Part shown: positions 13,451 through 20,000 of the stretch, piece by piece
Layout of the letters: every line of letters begins with the position of its first letter
Position numbering within the stretch: the first letter of the stretch is position 1
Origin: an uncultured virus (IMG/VR IMGVR_UViG_3300033075_000331)
Taxonomy: Duplodnaviria; Heunggongvirae; Uroviricota; Caudoviricetes
Reading direction: 5' to 3' (one strand)
Length of the DNA stretch: 20,000 nucleotides
IMG/VR virus record: IMGVR_UViG_3300033075_000331
Notes under the pieces: generated by a model
What the model was told of the DNA's origin: nothing
The model's input: the letters and a program-made list of their open reading frames with translations, nothing else
The model's database searches: none
Position numbers and translations under genes: made by a program

Positions 13451-14668
13451 TTAGTTTCCGACCTCGATAAGATATTGAATGGTTGATTGAGCGTTGTTGT
13501 ACACGATGAATTCGTCATTGATTAGATCATATCCGCCCGGAGCGAATACCGAATCGTAATTTCCCTTCTGTTTCAGAACCGACTCATTCAGTGAGTAGCA
13601 TTCCGAATTATGCTTCCTGATTTCGTACTGCTTTCCGACATGGACGTCCAGCAACGAGAGGAACGCTACGCTTTGATTGCCCCTCGTCCAGTGCGAACCA
13701 CTCAACGACGAATAACCCAAGGATTTCTTGAACTTATTCGCGAAGTAGATTCCGTGACCGAACATCGCTCCGTTAATGATAGCATTGGATGGGCGAATAA
13801 GCAAGCCCGTTTTCAAAATCGAAATCCAATTCTCATTTCGGGAACCGTGCCAAAACAACTCAGCTTTCTGGTTCGCTGCCGATGCCACGTGAGCACTGTA
13901 CTTGTCGCGAGAAGCCTTGTGTGTCACGACATACGCATTCCGAAGCTGGTGTGCGTGTGACGGACTCATCAACTGCTTAATGCGAGCAATATCCTGTGCA
14001 GTTGCCACATCGATAGTGATCCCAAGCGCGTCCAAAATCGTCGCGGTGCCAACATCGGTATCAGCGCCCTGTAAGCTGACCTGACCCGCCATAACGTCAA
14101 GCGTCTGCTGTTCATTGTCAAGCAGAGCACGTGCAGCCTGTAGGATCGTGGCATCTTTGATGGGCGCAGAGACTAGATGTAGCTGCACTTTCTTCATCTT
14201 ACGTGGAATCACCGAGTACAACTGCAATAGGCGCGTGTTGATTGTTTGATTATCAGCACCGAGCGTCACCATTGGGGTCAACGCATCCACGATAGCCTGA
14301 GCCTCGCGAACCTGTGCAGGAGTGACCGCTGCCGACGAAATAGTGTAGTTATCCGTCACCGACTGCTTGGAAAAGCCCTGTAGCTTGACCATCAGAGATT
14401 CGATTGGCGGATTCGTGATGCCAGCAAATCCAGACTTGACCGACGTGACCTTTACAAGATCGGTGACGTCCTTGTAGCCCTTTTTGGTCTTTTCGTTGTA
14501 CGTGCTATGCCACTTAGAGATAGGATACCTCTTAGTAGCACTCGTCACGCCAACCCGACCCCATTCGGCAATGAACTCGCTGCCATTCGGGGTCATGTTG
14601 TAGAACTTATTTGCGTTTACACCATCTCGCCCCTCAACCAAAATAAGACGTACAGGAGATATATTCAT
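13451..14668 (-). CDS. PARP-like ADP-ribosyltransferase (WGR + helical regulatory + catalytic domain)
   Basis: NANKFYNM...EWGRVG...EKTKKGY (WGR); LYSVIPR (regulatory domain); catalytic LFWHGSR, GAMFGHGIYFA...KSLGYS, DEFIVYN with an intact H-Y-E triad. Confidence 0.92.
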   Translation of the reverse strand: MNISPVRLILVEGRDGVNANKFYNMTPNGSEFIAEWGRVGVTSATKRYPISKWHSTYNEKTKKGYKDVTDLVKVTSVKSGFAGITNPPIESLMVKLQGFSKQSVTDNYTISSAAVTPAQVREAQAIVDALTPMVTLGADNQTINTRLLQLYSVIPRKMKKVQLHLVSAPIKDATILQAARALLDNEQQTLDVMAGQVSLQGADTDVGTATILDALGITIDVATAQDIARIKQLMSPSHAHQLRNAYVVTHKASRDKYSAHVASAANQKAELFWHGSRNENWISILKTGLLIRPSNAIINGAMFGHGIYFANKFKKSLGYSSLSGSHWTRGNQSVAFLSLLDVHVGKQYEIRKHNSECYSLNESVLKQKGNYDSVFAPGGYDLINDEFIVYNNAQSTIQYLIEVGN

Positions 14669-15195
14669 ATTACTTTGCGCTTGGCATTACGAAGTTTTTG
14701 TTTATGTTCTTCTGAGAATTTTCTACCACGAAGAGCTTTTTTATGTTCTTCGGTAAGAGGTATTCCTTTCTTAGCTTTAGATATTCTTTCCCCAAATCCA
14801 GATGGTTTTGGTTTAGAATTAACCCGGCGGATCATGGTTTTAAACTTATCGGAGTGTTCATACCCCGATAGTCCCATCCCACCCTCTGTCAAATTTGTCA
14901 AGTTATCAACTCCGATGGCGTCGATTAACCTCTTCTCCAAGTCTAACGCATCTGCCTCTGTTTCGCAAGGGAGTCTTACAACAAATTTTCGAAGATCGAA
15001 ATCCTGTTGCAATTTACGAATTAATCGTACTTTCTTTAAATTTGTGCATCTATTAAGATCGGATTCTCGCATATGAATTTGCCACCGATCTTTAGTTCCT
15101 TTTCCAACATAAAATGGCTTGAAAAGAAAACTAACAACGTCGGTGAGAAATTTTCCAGAATATCTTGGGTCTAAATAAATATAAACATAGAACAT
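14665..15195 (-). CDS. GIY-YIG-like homing endonuclease with NUMOD3-type repeats (176 aa, start MFYVYIY)
   Basis: FYVYIYLDPR...PFYVGKG...R...EKRLI...LTNLTEGGMG; C-terminal TEEHKKAL and SEEHKQKL repeats. Confidence 0.85.
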   Translation of the reverse strand: MFYVYIYLDPRYSGKFLTDVVSFLFKPFYVGKGTKDRWQIHMRESDLNRCTNLKKVRLIRKLQQDFDLRKFVVRLPCETEADALDLEKRLIDAIGVDNLTNLTEGGMGLSGYEHSDKFKTMIRRVNSKPKPSGFGERISKAKKGIPLTEEHKKALRGRKFSEEHKQKLRNAKRKVI

Positions 15196-15196
15196 A

Positions 15197-15267
15197 TGGA
15201 GAGTACGAGAATCGAACTCGTATCTACGCCATGCCATAGCGTCGTGCTCCCGTTGCACCAAATCCCC
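15197..15267 (-). tRNA. tRNA-Ala(GGC)
   Basis: GGGGATT/ACTCTCC+A with G3:U70, ACGCT-ATGGCAT-GGCGT, T arm ACGAG-TTCGATT-CTCGT. Confidence 0.88.
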
Positions 15268-15271
15268 ATCG

Positions 15272-15436
15272 TTATTGCGACAGTTGCTCTTGTCGATTGA
15301 TATACAGTTCCGCGATATCCGTTTTCTGTTTCGAATTGGGAAATTTTTTGATCACTTCCGCAACTCGTAGTAATTCTTCCGGAGTTTTTGCCGCATATAA
15401 CGCAGCAACTATATTGTTGAATGTCTCGTTATTCAT
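15272..15436 (-). CDS. small hypothetical protein (54 aa)
   Basis: Manual translation MNNETFNNIVAALYAAKTPEELLRVAEVIKKFPNSKQKTDIAELYINRQEQLSQ; ATGA overlap with the upstream stop. Confidence 0.6.
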   Translation of the reverse strand: MNNETFNNIVAALYAAKTPEELLRVAEVIKKFPNSKQKTDIAELYINRQEQLSQ

Positions 15437-16791
15437 ATATTTTGTTCGACGTGTCGTTTTATACGCGAAGCCGCCTCATATGTTTTATCAAACAGAAGAT
15501 CACGATGGTATTTATACTGTACTACATTTTGATATTTGTATACGTCATTCAACATCTGTGACATATCGGAATTTGTTAATGCTCCCATGATTCCAACCGA
15601 ACTATGATCTATTAATCGATCAAATGAAGCAAAAATCATATCAAAAAATTTGTCGGTAGTTTGTAACACTTCATTTGATTCGTAATCTTTTCCTTCTGCC
15701 GCCAATTCAAGCGCATACTCCTGTGCTTTTACCTTAACACCTAGTAACGCCTTATCCACAATACGATGAAGCAATCGGTGGCGCGTCACATAATCTCTAG
15801 CCGCCCACATCGCATTGATCCCATCCTCTTGTCCCAAATTTGTCAATTGCTCAAACACTTTACAGTAAGACTCATACGACCCAACGTACTCAGATACCCA
15901 ACTTGGCAGTGATTCTTCTCCCATCAATGTTTGTGCCACCAACCGTCTCGCCTTATATTCTGTTAGTCCCTCTAAAATAGGAACGTCTCTTTCTGTATAT
16001 GGCCAGTATGTTCCATCATCGTTTTTCAATATGGCATCTTTTGAATGCACAAGCTCGTGTATAAACGTATGATATCCGTCAACGGCAGTAAGCACACGGT
16101 GCCACTCTGCGAGACTTTCGGGGTCTCTAGAATCAGGCCCCTTTCGCAAAAATGACCGCAAATCCGACTTTCCCAGTTTCAAAAAGTCACGAAGGTTTTT
16201 AGACGCTCGCGAACTCATTCGAATTTTTCGTTCACCGGACGAATATGTTCCCGCCGCCGTCGTACCTAATAGTGGATGTATTGTGTCACATGCTGTACTA
16301 TTCGTTTCTACTTGAACATAAGGATCAACATCGAATACACGCAACATACCTTGCAAGAATTCTGAGGTAGATTGCGATTTCCACATCAAGTCTCGCGTCT
16401 TAGCGAGTAGATTTTTACCGGGATTTGCATACCAATCGGGTGTACGATTTGTGAGATAGACCGCATTCGGGTTCTCGGGCTCATACGCCAAATCGGCTTG
16501 AGGTTTACCAGCGAGCACGGTATTTGGCATATCATTTTCTCTTGGCATTTCTTGATATGCTGGTCCTGTACGGCGCGTTCGATACTGCGCAACGTTACCA
16601 TCAGGTACTTCCGCAGCATCTTTCTCGGCGCTCGACAATCTTACAAGCTTTCCTTTTACAGTACGAGCGACTTTATTGCCACTCTTATCAGCCCAATAGC
16701 CCCAGCCCGCCGACTGTAATCCTAATCGGTGGGCTTGGTCTCTTGCCGTCGCATCTTCGAAGATTTGGTTAACGAGGTCGGTTAGTTTCAT
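15433..16791 (-). CDS. HExxH zincin-like metallopeptidase, possibly virion-packaged (452 aa)
   Basis: AAGTYS...IRM, TFIHELVHS, downstream LEGLTEY (gluzincin-like third ligand); N-terminal MKLTDLVNQIFE leader. Confidence 0.7.
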   Translation of the reverse strand: MKLTDLVNQIFEDATARDQAHRLGLQSAGWGYWADKSGNKVARTVKGKLVRLSSAEKDAAEVPDGNVAQYRTRRTGPAYQEMPRENDMPNTVLAGKPQADLAYEPENPNAVYLTNRTPDWYANPGKNLLAKTRDLMWKSQSTSEFLQGMLRVFDVDPYVQVETNSTACDTIHPLLGTTAAGTYSSGERKIRMSSRASKNLRDFLKLGKSDLRSFLRKGPDSRDPESLAEWHRVLTAVDGYHTFIHELVHSKDAILKNDDGTYWPYTERDVPILEGLTEYKARRLVAQTLMGEESLPSWVSEYVGSYESYCKVFEQLTNLGQEDGINAMWAARDYVTRHRLLHRIVDKALLGVKVKAQEYALELAAEGKDYESNEVLQTTDKFFDMIFASFDRLIDHSSVGIMGALTNSDMSQMLNDVYKYQNVVQYKYHRDLLFDKTYEAASRIKRHVEQNI

Positions 16792-16822
16792 AGATATGAT
16801 ATAAGACGTCTATATACATATC

Positions 16823-17332
16823 TCAATCCAATTCTAGATCGTAATCTGCGAACTTTTTCATGTAATACTGCACCGACGTTCCGTTTCCATCGACGGTTCG
16901 GAATTTGTACTTGCCCGGATTGAAAAATGCCAATACCCCAGCACTTCCTACCAGATGAGCACCCGCCAATACACCAGATTCCGAGATAGGCACTCCACGA
17001 ACGGTCTTACCAGCATACTTGTCAATAATCTTGGTTAATTCTTGACGATTTGCTCGTAGGTATGCAACCATCACCGTATCCTGTAACTCTGGATCGGAAA
17101 GGAATTGCTTTTTGGGAATCTTGAAGCCAAGCGAACGGATAGTTGCCGGATGGAATTGGTACTTTCCCATATATCCAAAGCGATTGACAACGTGTGCCTT
17201 TCCTTCGCTTTCAATTTGTGCCATATCCGCCAAAAACTTGTTCAAGTCCTTTTCTGGCTTTTTTGGCAAAACAGCAGTGGCGAATGCCATGATAGCACCC
17301 GCTGCGACGATAATCATTTGTGTTGGATTCAT
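16823..17332 (-). CDS. lysozyme-superfamily / lytic transglycosylase-like protein with N-terminal hydrophobic anchor (169 aa)
   Basis: AAGGAG RBS before MNPTQ; MIIVAAGAIMAFATAVL; IES...VVNRFGYMGKYQF; LAGAHLVG. Confidence 0.75.
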   Translation of the reverse strand: MNPTQMIIVAAGAIMAFATAVLPKKPEKDLNKFLADMAQIESEGKAHVVNRFGYMGKYQFHPATIRSLGFKIPKKQFLSDPELQDTVMVAYLRANRQELTKIIDKYAGKTVRGVPISESGVLAGAHLVGSAGVLAFFNPGKYKFRTVDGNGTSVQYYMKKFADYDLELD

Positions 17333-17362
17333 GTGTTCTCCTTGAATACCAGAATTACAACT

Positions 17363-17391
17363 AAGATACACCAAAACCTATCATTTGTCAA
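17363..17391 (-). promoter_or_regulatory. sigma70-type promoter
   Basis: TTGACA(17391-17386)-N17-TATCTT(17368-17363) with an extended TG; the first T is the discriminator of tRNA-Thr(GGT). Confidence 0.72.
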
Positions 17392-17463
17392 GCCCCCAAG
17401 CGGTTCTGACCCGCTCTCTCATGCTTACCAAGCACGTATGTCTACCATGATCACTATAGGGGC
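17391..17463 (-). tRNA. tRNA-Thr(GGT)
   Basis: GCCCCTA/TGGGGGC+U, CGTGC-TTGGTAA-GCATG, variant T-loop GTCAGAA. Confidence 0.85.
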
Positions 17464-17500
17464 AAAAGAAAGTCGCCATTGCTAGCGACTTTCAGTGTGC

Positions 17501-18103
17501 TTATGAAACTGATGCCGTTGCGACATTACTTCCTGACGAAGTTCCCATCACATTTGTTGCAAATACTTGATATGAGAGGAATGCTGATCCACCATACCAG
17601 TTATCGACGTGTGAGGTTGCATTTTGTGCAGGAGTTGCAATGGTTACGAACGACCCGGTTCCGACCTTACGCTTCAACACAAAGCTTGCTTCGTTTGTCG
17701 AATTGTCGGTCCATGTTGCTGTGACTTGCGTATACGACCCCGATCCCGACCCCGTAATATACGACGTAGCCAATGCCAAGTTTGATGGCGCGGCTGGAAT
17801 CGTTTCTGTTGGAGGAATGACCACCGACATGATGTTGCTGAATAGTGAGAATCCAGACGCATTCTTGGCACGCACCATGTAATTCGTGGTGGTTCCAGCG
17901 AGCGAACCTGTGTCTCTGTACGACGTGATATTTGCACCCAACAATGCAATTCCGCGATATCCAATTGAAGAGGATCGTAACACTTGCATGTTTGTTTCGT
18001 TCGTACTGTTGTCAGTCCACGTCAAATCGACGTTGGCATATGACGATGTAACAGGTACTACAGCAGAACCCGTTAGATTAGTTGGTGCATTTGGTACTGG
18101 CAT
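17501..18103 (-). CDS. protein of two fibronectin type III repeats (possible virion decoration)
   Basis: Two copies of P.AP.NL...V..TWTDNSTNE......R...N.TS..D...Y.V.A.N..G.S..SN; AAGGAG RBS; no signal peptide. Confidence 0.85.
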   Translation of the reverse strand: MPVPNAPTNLTGSAVVPVTSSYANVDLTWTDNSTNETNMQVLRSSSIGYRGIALLGANITSYRDTGSLAGTTTNYMVRAKNASGFSLFSNIMSVVIPPTETIPAAPSNLALATSYITGSGSGSYTQVTATWTDNSTNEASFVLKRKVGTGSFVTIATPAQNATSHVDNWYGGSAFLSYQVFATNVMGTSSGSNVATASVS

Positions 18104-18211
18104 ATAAAATCTCCTTGTGAGTGAGTAACCTTACCCTCATAAGTATCCCACGAGAAGAGCTATTTTTGGTCGATTAACGCTGGACTAACGCAAAACAGCT
18201 ACTATTTTTAC

Positions 18212-18820
18212 TTACCACTTCCACCCTGTCGGCAAATCTAATGCAGGAGGACGATCCGCGTCATGATTTTCCATTTTACCAGACCTAAATTCCTTGACCA
18301 TTTCTTCGTCTGTCAGGATTTTGTCTGGAAACTGGATTGTTGTGTGGTATGGATTTGGCGGCGACGGTAGCTCAAACCGCTTGGCAATTTTCCTCCACGC
18401 ACTTTGCAACTCAACAATATTTCGAGTAACGTGCGCAGGGTAAAAATTGTGTACCAGTCCTCTATCTTGTAGTACAATTTTCTCTTTTGGTAGAATCCCA
18501 TCTTCCACCCACACCCACGGACGAGGATCATCAAAATCGATTCCCTCAGTCTTTAATCCAACGAAGTTTCTCGGATTACGGATAGACGCAAATTGCTCAG
18601 GCGTAATCGTGTAATTGAATCGATAGCTCAATTCCTTACAGCCCGCCTCGCGCATCCTTCCACTTGGGCACCACATGGTCAACCAACGCACTTCAAAATG
18701 CTCTAGCGCCCACTGCACGAATTCCGTAGCGCGTGGGGCAGCAAATCCTAATGCCCTATTGGTCCATACCAACAGGGTGTCGTCAACATCTAGGTATAAT
18801 ACTCGTGTTTTTTCTGTCAT
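18212..18820 (-). CDS. HAD-superfamily phosphatase (resembles the RNA-repair-associated HAD type)
   Basis: Motif I YLDVDDTL, motif II WLTMW, Lys in LKTEG, motif IV WVWVEDG. Confidence 0.8.
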   Translation of the reverse strand: MTEKTRVLYLDVDDTLLVWTNRALGFAAPRATEFVQWALEHFEVRWLTMWCPSGRMREAGCKELSYRFNYTITPEQFASIRNPRNFVGLKTEGIDFDDPRPWVWVEDGILPKEKIVLQDRGLVHNFYPAHVTRNIVELQSAWRKIAKRFELPSPPNPYHTTIQFPDKILTDEEMVKEFRSGKMENHDADRPPALDLPTGWKW

Positions 18821-18837
18821 AGACTATTACTAGTTTA

Positions 18838-18909
18838 AGCTTGATTGGAGAGTTGAACTCCATTCTCTGATTTACGAGACCAGTGCATCACCCTTTATGC
18901 TTATCAAGC
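18838..18909 (-). tRNA. tRNA-Thr(CGT)
   Basis: GCTTGAT/ATCAAGC+U, CTGGT-CTCGTAA-ATCAG, T arm TGGAG-TTCAACT-CTCCA. Confidence 0.88.
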
Positions 18910-19328
18910 AATTTCCACCAACCAAATTGTTTTGCAGTTTTCCGTGTATGACAATTGGCACATCTAATTTCACACTTTGATATCTCATTTGAGATTTTTT
19001 CAATAGATATTCCTCTAGATATCATTACACTTATGTCCCATGATTTCTTATCTATATGATCAAATTGTAACACTACGATATCAGATTCTCCACAATCAAC
19101 ACAACATTTATCGTGTAAATATGATATCACGTATGCACGTGATATTGCAATTCTAACATCGTTGTTAGCTCGTATATTTGTTCTACGTATGGGCGACGAC
19201 CGATAATGTCTCTTATCTTTAATAGCACTACAAGACTTGCAATATGGTTGCTTCCCGTCTATAGACGTTTTTCTGTTACCATACTCCAACAAGGATTTTG
19301 CCTCTTTACAGGTGCAACAAATTTTCAT
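18888..19328 (-). CDS. HNH endonuclease with N-terminal zinc finger (paralog of 5272..5709)
   Basis: CTCKE...CKSC, CVDCGESD, LQFDH, RCANCHTRKTAKQFG; stop lies 22 nt inside tRNA-Thr(CGT). Confidence 0.88.
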   Translation of the reverse strand: MKICCTCKEAKSLLEYGNRKTSIDGKQPYCKSCSAIKDKRHYRSSPIRRTNIRANNDVRIAISRAYVISYLHDKCCVDCGESDIVVLQFDHIDKKSWDISVMISRGISIEKISNEISKCEIRCANCHTRKTAKQFGWWKLLDKHKG

Positions 19329-19342
19329 AATGAACCACTATA

Positions 19343-19564
19343 CTAAAGAGGCGTTCGAAGACGTTTCCACTTATCGGAAATGTTCACATTATCATCCGTT
19401 GTCGTGAACCGAAAATTCTCACCCGTGAATCTATTACACTCATCAAGTTCAATTGTAAAACTATCAGATGACCAATGATACATATATGCTCCCGTGACCA
19501 CTTCCGTACCATCGGTCCATCGGCATTCTTTCCATGGGTGAGGTCTATTGATCTTTGTGGTCAT
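19343..19564 (-). CDS. hypothetical protein (73 aa)
   Basis: ORF track; coding-strand packing. Confidence 0.55.
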   Translation of the reverse strand: MTTKINRPHPWKECRWTDGTEVVTGAYMYHWSSDSFTIELDECNRFTGENFRFTTTDDNVNISDKWKRLRTPL

Positions 19565-19585
19565 GATAATATGAACAAACGTTAA

Positions 19586-19658
19586 TTGGCACTGTAGGAA
19601 TCGAACCTACATCTAAAGGGTCAAAGCCTTTCGTCTTACCATTAGACAGGAAGCGCCA
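19586..19658 (-). tRNA. tRNA-Gln(TTG), intronless, with 2 extra nt before the D stem
   Basis: TGGCGCT/AGTGCCA+A, linker TCCT, GTCT-AATGGTA-AGAC, AAAGG-CTTTGAC-CCTTT, GTAGG-TTCGATT-CCTAC. Confidence 0.82.
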
Positions 19659-19890
19659 TCGGGTGACAGTTGGGATCGCGAGTCCCTTCTCATTCCTTGA
19701 CTGTCAACAAGTATCGGAGGAGTAGGAACATACCCGCCGAAGCGTTAATAGTATGTATACATTCCGCAGGCGTGATGATATTACAATGGTGTCACCTCTC
19801 CACACCATACTCTTATATCAAACGGAGAGTGGGAATTTGTTCATCCGTCTTATATTGGCAGTTTGTCATAGCGAACCCGCCACGTAACGC

Positions 19891-20000
19891 TTATTCGTAT
19901 AGATCAATACTGACAATTTCTTTGGTATTATCAAACACCATGAGAAATTTGTTACCATCACGATGCGTGTCAACCGAAATCATAGTGTATTCAGGACCAC
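19891..20000 (-). CDS. C-terminal part of a hypothetical protein (enters from the window edge)
   Basis: Open frame GPEYTMISVDTHRDGNKFLMVFDNTKEIVSIDLYE, stop at 19893-19891. Confidence 0.6.
   Translation of the reverse strand, partial: GPEYTMISVDTHRDGNKFLMVFDNTKEIVSIDLYE

Noticed and set aside
330..17374. Longest-ORF start positions at 824, 1555, 7234, 9279, 13103, 13518, 15261 and 17374
   Set aside because: They extend through tRNAs, promoters or neighbouring genes, or place extra residues before the signal peptide; downstream ATGs fit better.
337..18107. All plus-strand ORFs in the track
   Set aside because: They are antisense shadows of convincing minus-strand genes or RNAs, with no recognisable motifs or RBS.
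1..20000. Assignment of host or phage taxon
   Set aside because: Sigma70 promoters and Shine-Dalgarno use indicate a bacterial host, but nothing in the window identifies it; even the phage origin is inferred, as no capsid, terminase or polymerase gene is present.

Overview
Almost everything lies on the minus strand. The window looks like the tRNA/ncRNA array of a large tailed phage: dense short hypothetical ORFs, sigma70-type promoters and about 23 tRNA or tRNA-like genes, none encoding CCA. Recognisable proteins are a Ro60/Rsr (TROVE + vWA) protein, a WGR-PARP, four HNH and one GIY-YIG-like/NUMOD3 endonuclease, a HAD phosphatase, an HExxH metallopeptidase, a lysozyme-like protein, a two-FN3 protein, a secreted Ig-like/helical-barrel protein and a partial AAA ATPase. 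The most striking feature is the 740 nt directly upstream of the Ro60 gene. It holds four elements sharing a Y RNA-type Ro60-binding signature (GGU[A/C]CG - stem - UUA[U/C]C ... UUGA[C/U]C): two minimal ones, one with a large inserted domain, and one circularly permuted copy grafted into the anticodon arm of a tRNA body. A fifth, expanded tRNA-like RNA lies among them. Also present are a probable ~900 nt GOLLD-like RNA with an embedded tRNA-like module, a group I intron in tRNA-Gln(UUG), a probable -1 ribosomal frameshift, several ORFs starting 1 nt after a tRNA, and further unexplained structured RNAs. All calls were made by eye; no searches or folding programs were run.
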